DNA from: Diadema antillarum
Taxonomy: Eukaryota
DNA length: 64,000 bases
Direction of reading: 5' to 3'
Assembly: GCF_040938485.1 (NCBI RefSeq)
Contig: NW_027271030.1
Location: forward strand, 1,240,001-1,304,000
The position numbers and the translations under genes are program-made. Positions 37,901 to 49,300 of this stretch are shown here, piece by piece. The notes under the pieces are model-generated. The model saw nothing but the letters and a program-made list of their open reading frames with translations, was not told the DNA's origin and did not search any database. Each line of letters starts with the position of its first letter. Positions within the stretch are counted from its first letter, which is position 1.

Positions 37901-40900
37901 AATACAAAATATGTTTAACCATCAATATAATTGTATTCCATCCTTTGACTTTTAATGAGTTTCCGGATATACCTGTATAAACAACTTCCCAGTTTACATT
38001 TCCTAATTCTTCTAAATTCAATTTCTGAATAATAATTTGCCACAATTCCTGCACTTCAATACACTCCAAAAATAAATGTGAATATGTCTCAGTGCTTTTT
38101 TGCAGAAAGAACATAGATCATCAGAAACAAACCCAAATCTCAACAGATTAACTTTTGTATAAAGTGCGCTATGAAGAAGTTTAAACTGAAATTCCCTAAT
38201 CTTTGGGATAAGAGTTGTGACTCTGGGTCGGAGAAAAATATATTGGGTTACTTTTTGGGAGAAGGCGAAATTACTCTGTTGATCTCGTACTTCCACTGTA
38301 TATAACTGCTGTAAATCAGTTAAAAAATGGGTGTAAATCTTTCTCGAAGGTATATCACCAATCCTAATTTCTTTTCCGTGTAATTCTAACCAGCACTTGA
38401 AAAAGTTTAATACTAACCCATGACAAACTAAACCGTCCACTTTTCAAAATAACATCACAAATCCTCCAAACATATTCAATTCCTCACCTCATAAACCTGT
38501 TTTTTGAAAATAAATAATCGGCCGTATACCTTTTCCATCAAAGTAATGACATAATCTATAAATATTTTTCCTAAAAAAAGATTTCCATTATATATCATTT
38601 TACCTTTGAATAAAAAAAAATTATTATCAAATACTACTTGATTCAAATGTCCCTCTTCTAAATTTCTCAAACTTCCCAAATCTTGCCACGCTTGTAAAAT
38701 CTCTTTATAAAATTTTGGACATACACTTCCACTTACCTCATATTTTACTTTGTTTCGTAAATAAACAAGATTAATTTGTGTGTGTGTGTGTGTGTAATAC
38801 GGACGCTTCTGAAGATGTATCGAAAGCTCATGCTATACTTTTGTTTGATGATAGCACTTACAACAAGCTATTGCTTCACGTGAAGCTATTATTTCACAGA
38901 AACTTATTGCATATGAGACAGAACAAAAAAAAATGTTCCTCCTACAATAATTATTCCTCTTTATTCTATACCTATTTAAGCTACAAACGCAAGATGCCCT
39001 CTGTGAAGAATATTATGAAATTACATTTTTTTTATTGCCATATCAGTCGGTCGGTCTGTACCTGTTCTTGCTACTTATCTTTCTAAAAATGTCGCAGATC
39101 CCAGAGGCATTGCCATAGACGAAGGCTCCCGCGTCATGTACTTCGCTGAATCAAACAGGGTCCTCAAAGCTCATCTTGACAGTCCATTCAACCATTCAGA
39201 ATTCCACAGCGATGAGAACGTTCAAACCATTTATGATGTTGAGCTAGACAAAGAAAGACGGTAAGAAATAAAAAAAAAAGAGAAAAGGAAGATAAAAACA
39301 AAACAAATGATAATGTTAAATACTACTACTATTACTGCTATTTATGCACCATATTCAATTATAATAATAATGATAACAATAATGATGATAATTGTAATGA
39401 TGATGGTGATGATGATGATGATAATAACAATAATAATGATAGTAATAGTAACAACAATAAAAATAATGATAATTAATGTCGAAACGATAAATGTATCGTG
39501 ACTGCTTTCGAGTTCAAGTGGATAGCGCCCTCGTAGGTCGGAGTAAGCTGACTTGGAAAATGTTTAATCCGTCAGACTGTTGAACACCTTCCTTCAGCAT
39601 TAGTAAGAATGATCACATTTTGTTTTTGTTTTTGTTGCTGTTGTTCATGTTGTTGTGGGTTTTTGTCTTTGCTTGGAAAGGCTGAAGATGATTTAAATCA
39701 GGACAAATGTAATGATCATTTAAAAGTGAGAAAAAACCTCAATAAGGCTAATCTTATCGAGAATAAAGAGTAGTTATACACACATTGACCGAATTAAAAT
39801 ATCACTGAAGAACCTGAACTATGATTGACAACTGGAATTGAAAACTAGAACAAAAATAACGTAAGGGAAGAACACATACAAACTTATTCCTTTTTTTTGC
39901 AACTGAGTGACAAATTGCACTATATCGACGTAAATAAGCACTGAATTAATCAGTGTTTTAGTAGAAGCCATTATAAAAAAATCATGGGCGTACATACTCG
40001 AGCAGGATTCGAACCTACGACCTCCTGATCACCGCACAGGCGTCATCTCCACTAGACCACCGAGCTTTCGCCCGGCAGCAAGTGTTAGTTCTAATCCTTA
40101 CAACATGCAGCGGGTACTGCTCTATTATTCAAATTCATGAAATTCTTCCGTCGAGATGTTTCCATTGCAACTGATTGACAAGTTGCCCTACGTCGACGTA
40201 AATAAGCACTGAATTGATCAGTGTTTTAGTAGAAGCCATGATAAGTATAGTCCACGGGCCAAGACCCGAAAAATAGGTTATTGGTACCACCTGAGGTGGC
40301 AAAACCTTTTTGGTGTCATTTTGTTTGTCGGGCATAGATATGCTTATCAAGCTATGATAGCATTTCCAAATGAGTAGCTTAGTCATAATAAATGAATTTT
40401 TAACCAATTTGGCCTCGTTTTTATATCCCTATACTTCTGAATCGAAACTAACCGCTATACAAAGAAGAGCACTGTCTTCTGTATGTCAACAGGTGTTCTG
40501 TTGCAAACGATGTGCGCTTAGTCTTTATTCAAGGCAGCGAAGGGAACATCCAAAGGGTTATGATGTCCACAGCTGTCATGCGGTGCGCTTAGTCTTTATT
40601 CAAGACGGCGAAGGGAATATCCAAAGCTTATGATGCAGTGTATATCCCTTTATCTAAAAACAACAACAACAAAAAGCAATTCCTCGTGAATTTTGCCGTA
40701 TTTTTCAATTATTCATCATTTTCCGGTGAAAACGCTAATACCACGCCAATGTCGCTTTATTTCCATCCAACAATGAAAGATAATGCAACAACAATGTTTC
40801 GGTACACTACAATACATTATGATAAATGATATTGTAAATGAACAGAGTGATTTTTGTTTAAAAGTGATGTATTTGTTGAGAGGGTAGTATAAAAACAACA

Positions 40901-41706
40901 TAGATAATCCATTTTATTAGGAACTTTAGATATGATAACGGTACATTGTTTTGTTATGTTTTTCTTTTCTTTTTAGCAGTGTTTACCTGAATATTGTTGT
41001 TATTCAGGCCAAAAAAAACAACAACACACACACAAAAAAAAAAGACACCGAAACAATTGTCACATAGTTAGTCCATGGGCCAAGACCCGAAAAATGGGTT
41101 ATTGGTACCACCTGAGGTGGCAAGTTCTAGTTGTGCATTATGAAATGGCATATATCTAAGGATTATTATTTTGCTATGATAGCATTTCCAGAGTAGTAGC
41201 TTAGTCATAGATTTCAGCCATTAACCCGACCAATACCAAAAAATTTTTTTTTGACGCTCTTTCACCAAATACAGGCAGAGTGCATGGTGACCTTTGATAA
41301 TTTCAAGGTTTTTAAACCTATTCCTCTGAATTTTGGCACATATATTTAGCATACGATGCTCCCAAAAATAACACCATCAAAATTTCACCGGTTATATTAA
41401 AACAGAAGCACAGTGAAATGTAACAACTCACCTTGATCTCCTTGATCACCTTGATCTCCGGGACAACTCACCTTGATCTCCGGGGCGCTGTGGCATAGTG
41501 GATAAGATTCCCGACTCCCGATCGGAGGACCCGAGTTCGAATCCCGCCCAGTGCTTACGTCCTTGGACAAGATGTTTTTACCCACTATGTCCCACTCGAC
41601 CCAGGTGTATAAATGGGTACCTGGCAATGCTAGGGTAATAATAATGGCAGGGCCCTCTGGTAGAGCAGTGGCAACACTGAAGAGGTTACCCTGGGTAAAG
41701 AAGACC

Positions 41707-41765
<59 letters not shown>

Positions 41766-43517
41766 ATTCGTACTTCCAGCTGGTGATGGAGTTGCGTGGC
41801 ATCAGATCTCTCTTTCTTTCTTCTCACCCCCTTCTTTTGTCTCTTTGACCTTCATTGTCCTGTCAATGTGTTCTTAATTTCTGCTACAATACTGCGTCTT
41901 TACATTATGTGACAATTGTTTCTGTGTGTGTGTGTGTGTGTTTTGCCTGATTAACAACAATATTCTGGTAAATATTCTGGTAAACACTGCTAAAAAAGAA
42001 AAAACAAAACAAAATACTGTACCGTTATCACATCTATAACTGTTTTGTACTGTTTTTATACTACCCTCTCAACAAATACATCAGCTTTAAACAAAAATTA
42101 CTCTGTTCATTAACAATATTATTTATTATAGTGTATTGTAGTATATTGGTACATTGTTTTCGCATTATCTTTCATTGTTGGATGGAAATAAAGCGACATT
42201 GGCGTGGCATTAGCGTTTTCACTGTAGCGTTTTCAGCGGAAAATGACGAATAATTGAAAAATACGGCAAAATTCACGAGGAATTGCTTTTTGTTGTTGTT
42301 GTTTTTAGATAAAGGGATATACACTGTATCATAAGCTTTGGATATTCCCTTCGCCGTCTTGAATAAAGACTAAGCGCACCGCATGACAGCTGTGGACATT
42401 ATAACCCTTTGGATGTTCCCTTCGCTGCCTTAAATAAAGACTAAGCGCACATCGTTTACAACATAACACCTGTGGACATATACAGAAGACAGTGCTCTTC
42501 TTTGTATAGCGGTTAGTTTCGATTCAGAAGTATAGGGATATAAAAACGAGACCAAATTGGTTAAAAATTCATTTATTATGACTAAGCTACTCATTTGGAA
42601 ATGCTATCATAGCTTGATAAGCATATCTATGCCCGACAAACAAAATGACACCAAAAAGGTTTTGCCACCTCAGGTGGTACCAATATCTGGCCTGGCCCAT
42701 GGACTAAGTAGTAGAAGCCATGATTTTTTATCATGGCTTCTACTAAAACACTGATCAAGTCAGTGCTTATTTACGTCGACGTAGGGCAACTTGTCAATCA
42801 GTTGCAATGAAAACATCTCGACGGAAGAATTTCATGAATTTGAATAATAGAGCAGTACCCGTTGCATGCTGTAAGCTAGTAAGGATTAGAACCAACACTT
42901 GCTGTCGCGCGGCGAAAGTTCGGTGGTCTAGTGGAGATGACGCCTGTGCGGTGGTCAGGAGGTCGCGGGTTCGAATCCTGTTCGAGTACGTACGCCCATG
43001 ATTTTTTTTCATGGCTTCTACTGAAATACTGATCAATTCAGTGCTTATTTACGTCGACGTAGGGCAATTTGTCAATCAGTTGCAATGAAAACATCTCGAC
43101 GGAAGAATTTCATGAATTTGAATTATTCCTTTTTATTTTCAAGAAAGAATATAAGCTTACAAAAAGAAAATACATATTCCAAATAACAGCATAAACACAG
43201 ATCAGTTGTGAGACAAGATGCATGACATTTACATGGAATCAACGAAACTAAGCAATGACACTCATCGATGTGATATATGTTTTATGTTTTAGCTTTCAGG
43301 CGTGTGTATTTTCTATGTTTAATACAATCATAATCCTTATGATTATTTTTCTGGCTGTAGAATGGTGTACTGGGCTAAGTCATACACTATCCAGCGAAAA
43401 GCCATGAACGGGAGTACTTCGGTGGAAACCTTTTTTTACAACAGCGGAATGGACCAGTTGCAGGGATTGGAATATGACAGCGCAGGTATGATACAAATCA
43501 ACCACAATGTATATAAA

Positions 43518-43555
<38 letters not shown>

Positions 43556-44541
43556 AAATATTCATTTATTTCAGTAAATGAACAAATGCATAACTGAATG
43601 AATCCTTAAATGAAATCAGCTAGATACGTGTACGTACATACAGGTGTCTGTCTATGACTGTGCTCATGTGTCTGCATGTACGACAAAGTACTTTTTTCTT
43701 TCTTAATATATAGCTTCTGTGGCAGTCGAAAAAAAAGAAGAAATAACAAGCAATTCAGAGGCGGATCCAGAGGGGGTGCACCGGGCGCACCCCCTTTTTT
43801 TTATTACAACAAAATAAATAAATATTAAAAAAAATATGGGGGAAGTGTGCTGTGTAAAGGCGCCTACCATTTACGAAATTCCTGGATCCTTCCCTGCAAT
43901 TATTGCACAAAACGGAGTCCAACAAAAGCTTTAGGCGGATGATTGTATCTTTATATTCGTCTGCAGTCAGTAACAAAGTTCTCACGGAGGTGAATACTTG
44001 GATCGTTTTGATTTCCACCCTCTCAGTTGTTGTCGACTTAGAATTATATCAGAGCAGGTTTATTAGGATCTCTGCATGCATTACTTGAAGCAGCCCACAC
44101 AGGCTCAAATTTGGACACCAGAAGTTAGAATTCGTTGCATCAGTTTAACGTCATGACAATTGAGCGTCCGACGAGCATTTATCTTTTCTTTTAATTCAAT
44201 CTTTGTTGCTTGCATCCTTCTCATTAATCTCAATACGGCTGTGTATGAAAAATATAGGAAATCGGCTTTTCTTCTGTGAAAGTCAACTCAACGCGGCAAT
44301 GTACAAGTACGTGACTGATACCAACTCCACCGTCTTCACTAACTTGTCCGCTTATGTTGACACCAACGAGGGAGAAGATTTGTACGACGTGGCTATTTTT
44401 AGCGGGAAAATCTACTGGCTGTTCACGAAGAGCATCGGCATCCTGGCGGACCCAGCCGACGGCACTTACAACTACGCCCTCTGCGACCTACCGGAAGTGA
44501 ATAACTTGCGGTCAATATCAGTTGCTAGCGTAACAGTGTAG
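30775..44541 (+). CDS. Predicted secreted mucin-stalk / YWTD-like beta-propeller protein (8 exons: 30775-30825, 33329-33398, 34528-34746, 35058-36056, 36834-37049, 39098-39260, 43361-43485, 44258-44541; 692-708 aa)
   Basis: The exon chain keeps phase throughout (2127 nt). Signal-peptide-like MARGIFPAGFVVRAFFFIIIFTSQG, Thr/Ser-rich 999-nt exon, and LDLR class B-like blades (KLYWCD, PRGIAID...MYFAE, MVYWAK, LFFCE, KIYWL). The N-terminal exons are less certain than the mucin and propeller exons. Confidence 0.75.
31919..32088. other. Assembly gap (N run)
   Basis: N characters. Confidence 1.
32838..32900. repeat. (ATCT)n tetranucleotide microsatellite
   Basis: Directly visible. Confidence 0.9.
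33329..33398 (+). CDS. Gene 2 signal peptide exon
   Basis: TTTGCAG acceptor and GTAGGT donor; basic N-region plus hydrophobic FVVRAFFFIIIF ending SQG; upstream exon 30751-30825 ends in ATG|GTAAGT. Confidence 0.7.
33556..33716. other. Assembly gap (N run)
   Basis: N characters. Confidence 1.
33786..33842. repeat. (TA)n microsatellite
   Basis: Directly visible. Confidence 0.9.
34528..34746 (+). CDS. Gene 2 exon encoding a small Cys-containing extracellular segment (possibly the C-terminal half of a C-type-lectin-like fold)
   Basis: Phase 1 to 1, open frame ...TLCLRNGTNDLEWTDQKINPC...HFVCRP. The C...W.D..C...FVC spacing resembles CTL domains; the fold call is tentative. Confidence 0.55.
35058..36056 (+). 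CDS. Gene 2 mucin-like Thr/Ser-rich exon (333 codons)
   Basis: Open frame dominated by T/S/E/P/Q; CTTACAG acceptor and GTAATA donor, phase 1 to 1. Confidence 0.9.
36834..37049 (+). CDS. Gene 2 propeller exon 1
   Basis: GATIFVGHGNQGVYVADLD...PYCLAYESVQNKLYWCDVYQILRVDL; donor T|GTTAGT, phase 1. Confidence 0.85.
37077..38765 (-). mobile_element. 5'-truncated, frameshifted L1/Tx1-clade LINE 3' portion in an intron of gene 2
   Basis: Minus-strand KIREFQFKLLH...LCSFCKK..ETYSHLFLEC..VQELW (zf-RVT CCHC region typical of L1/Tx1 ORF2), followed by a 3' UTR and an AATAAA/poly-A-like end near 37077-37100. Confidence 0.85.
39098..39260 (+). CDS. Gene 2 propeller exon 2 (not in the ORF track)
   Basis: PRGIAIDEGSRVMYFAESNRVLKAHLD...IYDVELDKER; CAG acceptor and GTAAGA donor. 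Confidence 0.87.
39305..39480. repeat. (ATA/ATG)n trinucleotide low-complexity tract
   Basis: Directly visible. Confidence 0.85.
39995..40066 (-). ncRNA. tRNA-like Pol III cassette (pseudo-tRNA) in the left foldback arm
   Basis: Minus strand: TGGTCTAGTGG A-box, GGTTCGAATCC B-box, T-stem GTAGG/CCTGC; anticodon arm with a non-canonical 9-nt loop. Confidence 0.55.
41482..41760 (+). mobile_element. tRNA-derived SINE (family A), best-preserved copy, with (TTA)n tail
   Basis: GGGGCGCTGTGGCATAGTGG A-box, GAGTTCGAATCC B-box, CCCAGGTGTATAAATGGGTACC core, long (TTA)n tail from about 41708 to 41760. Confidence 0.88.
42918..42990 (+). ncRNA. tRNA-like Pol III cassette (pseudo-tRNA) in the right foldback arm
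   Basis: TGGTCTAGTGG...GGGTTCGAATCC; mirror copy of 39995-40066. Confidence 0.55.
43361..43485 (+). CDS. Gene 2 propeller exon 3
   Basis: MVYWAKSYTIQRKAMNG...LQGLEYDSA; TAG acceptor and GTATGA donor; phase 2 to 1. Confidence 0.87.
43522..43552. repeat. (CT)n microsatellite
   Basis: Directly visible. Confidence 0.9.
43756..43896. mobile_element. Short MITE with 15-bp imperfect TIRs (CAGAGGCGGATCCAG / CTGGATCCTTCCCTG), hAT-like
   Basis: Inverted termini visible; no clean 8-bp TSD, so the superfamily is tentative. Confidence 0.6.
44258..44541 (+). CDS. Gene 2 terminal propeller exon
   Basis: GNRLFFCES...LYDVAIFSGKIYWLFTKSIGIL...LRSISVASVTV, stop TAG at 44539-44541. Confidence 0.8.
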
Positions 44542-45944
44542 AAAATGAAAGGGTGTCATGGACCTGTTTAAAAAAGAAAAAGGTATGCCATAAATTAAGA
44601 CTCAATAATCATGATAATCACAGTTGTAAAATTCTGAAATGCTGGCAGCTGCCTATAATCGATGCCAACGTCACGCTATGATACCTGTGACTGAAACAAT
44701 GACTCGTAGTTGCATTGTATTAGGGCATCCTTTATGATATTGGTTGTGAGGTGTCCTGTATATTATACGTTTCTCCAGAGAGAAAAATGCATGTATAAAT
44801 AATGCTAAGAACAATGGAAAGTACCGGTCATCAGTACTAGTGTTGTATGAGTTTTGAAAACCTGTAGTTGTGATGCACAGGATGACACTTGCAGTAAAAC
44901 TTTGCGGAAACATTAATTAGCCTGAATCTTATTACAGGCTTATATCAACAAACCTGGAGTCTCATTTATGCGAAAATAAACACACCACTTCTGTAAATGA
45001 TATTTCACATGATATCTGCGACATACGCACACACATGCGAGCGAGCACCTACACTCATACACACGCCCGGACACGATACACTGGAGTAATGTGAAAGAGG
45101 GGAAGGTACAGGCGGATGTTAAAAATAGGTTATTTGTGACTAGCATACAGACACTTAGCACTAACAGTTCAGAGGTTCATCGTATAGGCGGGGCCTGAGA
45201 GTCCATTCTCCAGTGAGTTGTTTCCAGTGCAATGTGTAATTTCAGTGACAATTACACATGATATACACAATGAAGCTTTAGAATTTTGTCGTAGGCATGG
45301 TAGAAGAGGTTAAGTATCCTCTAAAACTGTGATATTCAGAGCGTTAAAGTGTTAACTTGTTAAATAAATTTATGGATATTAAAGTGTCAAAGTGCATCCA
45401 ACAGCGATTGAAACATGCAATGCACAAAGCATGCAATGAGTAAAGTGATTGTTATGCGCATCCATGCATTAGTGATTACACTGTGCTGAAGGGGAAAGAT
45501 GTAATAAATTGTATCAAATCAAATCAAATTGAACAAAATAAGATAGAAAAGAACAAACCAATAAAGCCATGAGATGTTTATGATGTAAGAGAATCTTGAG
45601 CGACATCACAAGAAAACCCCCGAATATACAACAATGAAAAACTTCAAAACAAATCCTAACTAATGATAAAACAACCACAACAATTTCTAACCAGTCTTGG
45701 ATACTCAAGAGGCATCTTTGCTTGCGTGGCACACTTTAGATTTTGGTTTCAGTTGTATATTATCTCACAATTCAAAGATTTCCCACGAACACAGGAATAC
45801 GAGTACATAAGCAAACGCCCAGATCGAGCTCTTATAGAAAGCATAGCGTATTCACTACTATATGGATTGCTTTTGATCTTGATCTTTGTTAGTTATTAGA
45901 TTTTATACATGCAGGAATATAAGAAATTACCAGAAGCTTAACTA

Positions 45945-46076
45945 CCACAGTTACTACTTCTACAACTGTTACAGCTACCAGTAGTATTATTATCAACAGA
46001 TTACCCGTACTACAGTGCTAATTTTACCATTACTACTGCTACTATGACTTCTACTGCTACTACTCCTCCTACTCCT

Positions 46077-46125
<49 letters not shown>

Positions 46126-46300
46126 CTATACCACCATCACCACAATAACTACTACTACTACTACAAAATATTAGAACAATATTATTACTCCTACTCTTTC
46201 TACGACGCCCACTACTACTGCTACTATTGCTTTCACTACTGTTACTGAACGACAACAACTGCCGCTGGTAATAATAATGATAATAATAATGATAGTTATT
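45945..46300. repeat. Compound trinucleotide tract (ACT/ACA/ATA)n
   Basis: Directly visible, including a long (ACA)n run near 46076-46125. Confidence 0.9.
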
Positions 46301-46304
46301 ATTA

Positions 46305-49300
46305 AGACAGAAACTGAAAGGCTCCAATGTGTACATCCACGAGGATCTCACGCAAGAGAGGAGCAACCTTGTCTACATGGCGAGGAAGCATGAGAAGGTG
46401 AAGAGAGTGTGGACTACCGATGGACGAATCTCAGTACTGACAAGGGATGACAAGAAGGTAAAAATCAGATCGATCAAAGATCTAGAAAAGCTCTAGAACT
46501 GGTGACAGAAAAATAGCATCTTATCACATGCATGATTTTTTCCAACGGGCCGGATATTTCCATGCATTTCATGTAATAGATCTGTAAAGTATGATCAAAA
46601 TGCTCTTCAGTGTGTTAGATGTAACGAATGGATTCATTTGATGTGTTCGTCTGTAACTTACAACTTTTTTCAGTCAAATTCTGATTATATGTGTACTAAA
46701 TGTTTAATGTTTGAACTTCCTTATAATGTTCCGGATGTAGATTTTGAACACAATGTTCTAGATGACAGTCATACAGAAATAGAAATAAGTGATCATGAAC
46801 AGATTGTTAATGAGTTCAAAATAATTGGTGGAATAAGTATTGCACACTTGAATATTTGCTCTCTTCTGAAAAATATGGATGAAATTCGATTACTTCTGAT
46901 TAAACTAGTATTGATATAATAACCTTTTGTGAAACTCGTCTTGATGAGTCAGTATCTGACTATGAAATATGTATTGATGGGTACAAGACAGTTCGTAATG
47001 ACCGAAATCGAAATGGTGGGGGCGTTATTATCTACGTGCGCAGTTCTTTAGATTACGTGGCCCTTGAAGAGTATCATAATCGAGGCTTAGAGTTAGCGTG
47101 TATACAGGTAACTCTTAATAAACAAAAGCCTTTTATCCTAATGTCGTGGTATAGACCGCCAGATTCGTCTATCAATATATTTCATGGTCTTGAAAATATA
47201 CTTCAGAGTGTTGAAGCTCGTTATTGTGATTATGTTCTGGTAGGAGATGTGAATTGTGATCTGTTAAACAAGAAACCCTCGTATCATACTTCTCGTATGC
47301 AAAGTATAGCAGAAGAATACTCATTAACTCAATGTGTTTCCATGGCAACGAGAGTAACAAAGCACTCTAAAACACTCATTGATCATGTTTATACATCAAA
47401 GAGTGAAAATATTTCACAATGCAAAGTCTTGCCTTTCAACCTAAGTGACCATGAAATGGTTCTTTTCTCATGGCGTAAGTGTAAACCGAAATCAGGTGGT
47501 AACCACTGTTATATTTCATCACGCAACATGAGAAAGCTTGATATTGAAAAATTTGTAAATGAATTAAATGACTCTTCAGTGGATGAAATATTACAAGAAA
47601 CATCAACAGAGAAAGCATATCACATCTGGGTTCATAAACTAAGATCTCTGTTGGATAGGCATGCCCCAGTCAAAAAGAAAAGGCTTCGACAAAAGAGGTC
47701 ACCTTGGATGACTAGTGGTGTCATGGCTTTGATAAGAGAAAGAGATAAGGCAAAACAGGCCGCTAAACGCATGAATAATGATTATGAGTGGCAGAAATAT
47801 GGAAGTCTACGTAATTTGGTAACCTCATCTGTTAGAAAAGCTAAAAGGAAATATGTTATTGATAATATTAGGGAAAATGTGGGAAACTCCACCCTCATGT
47901 GGAAAGTCTTAAGAGAGCTTATACCGAGCGCTAAATCCTCTACGAAAGTTCATAAAATTACATATGATGGAAACGAGTATACAGGGTACAAAGATGTTGC
48001 AAATGCACTGAACAACCACTTTTCTAATTTGGTTTTGCGAAACAGAGAAAATGTACATTTTAAAAATGATCCTATGCAATATGTACCGAGAGCACGTACA
48101 ACTTTTGAATTCACTTCGGTGTCAGCTGATGAGGTAAAGAAGTGTATTGATAAAACGCCCCGAAATAAGGCTACTGGGCTTGACACCATACCAGCTTGTA
48201 TCCTACGGGACACTGTGTCAGTTATCCTTAAATCTTTTACCCACATAGTAAATTTGTCATTGAAAGATGGTGTTATCCCGAACGAGTGGAAGTGTGCTAA
48301 AATAACACCTCTATTCAAGGGTGGTGATACAACTGATCCCTCAAATTATAGGCCAATATCTGTTTTGCCTGTAGCTTCAAAGATTTTAGAAAAGTTGGTG
48401 TTTAAACAAGTATATGCTTATCTTAATGAAAATGATTTATTGACAAAAAAACAATATGGCTTTCGCCCAAAATTTTCTTCAGAAATGGCATTATTAAACC
48501 TCACTGAAAATGTAAATAAAGTTATAGATGTTGGACAAGTTGTTGTTGTGGTTACCCTCGATCTTTTAAAGGCTTTTGATATGGTATCCTTTGATATTTT
48601 GATTGAAAAATTACGATTTTTCGGATTTTGTGAGGATACTATACGCTGGTTTGTAAATTATTTCAGCCAAAGAAAACAACAAACTGTAATCAATGGTAAT
48701 GTTTCAAAGGAGGGTGAGGTGCTCTGTGGGGTCCCTCAGGGAAGTATTTTGGGACCTTTGTTGTTCATCATGTATATGAATGATTTGCCTCGGGTAGTTA
48801 GAAATTGTCAAGTGTCGCTTTATGCGGATGATACCTGTATTTATTATGCATCCACTGATCCTATTGAACTTGAAAGAATTGTTAATGATGATTTACGTAC
48901 CGTGCATGAATGGTTACTTCATAATAAGCTTATGTTGAATGTTAAAAAATGTAAATGTATGTTTATAGGTACTAAGCGTAATCGTAAAAAAATTGAAAAT
49001 GTTAGTATAAGAATTAATGGTACTCAGTTAGAAAAGGTAAAAAGTTGTAAATATCTAGGTGTTATCATTGACTCAGAATTCTCTTGGAAACCACAGGTTG
49101 ACAGCGTAAAAAGTAAAGTGTTACGTAATTTGTACGCTTTAAGAAGGGCAAGACCATACATTGACCAAGACACCGCATTAACCCTGTATAATACAATGAT
49201 TCGTCCTCACTTTGAGTACTGTAACACCATCTGGATGAAACCAAATTCTGGTCACATAAAAAGACTGCAAATACTTCAGAACAGAGCCTTGCGAACTGTT

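Larger units (their letters stand above)
39900..43082. mobile_element. Foldback-like element: inverted arms of about 1.17 kb (about 39900-41066 and 41907-43082) around an 840-bp spacer
   Basis: The arms are reverse complements. The same spurious peptide MVKNSFIMTKLLIWKCYHSLISISMPDKQNDTKKVLPPQVVPI appears at 40135-40407(-) and 42557-42754(+). Inner ends are AAACAATTGTCACATA / TATGTGACAATTGTTT. Confidence 0.88.

Noticed and set aside
39995-42990. Functional tRNA genes
   Set aside because: Non-canonical anticodon loop and location within repeated arms; treated as tRNA-derived repeats. tRNAscan-SE would be the deciding test.
39900-43125. CRISPR-like repeat/spacer array
   Set aside because: The repeats are a few hundred-bp-scale units in inverted orientation in a spliced eukaryotic locus, with no regular short repeats, unique spacers or cas genes.
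10325-46366. Many short ORFs rich in YI, FCFVL, LLLL, VVVV or MMII runs
   Set aside because: Translations of microsatellites or N gaps.
46532-46560. 2A-like ribosomal skipping peptide at the LINE ORF2 N-terminus
   Set aside because: The sequence reads SNGP, lacking the D(V/I)ExNPGP consensus.
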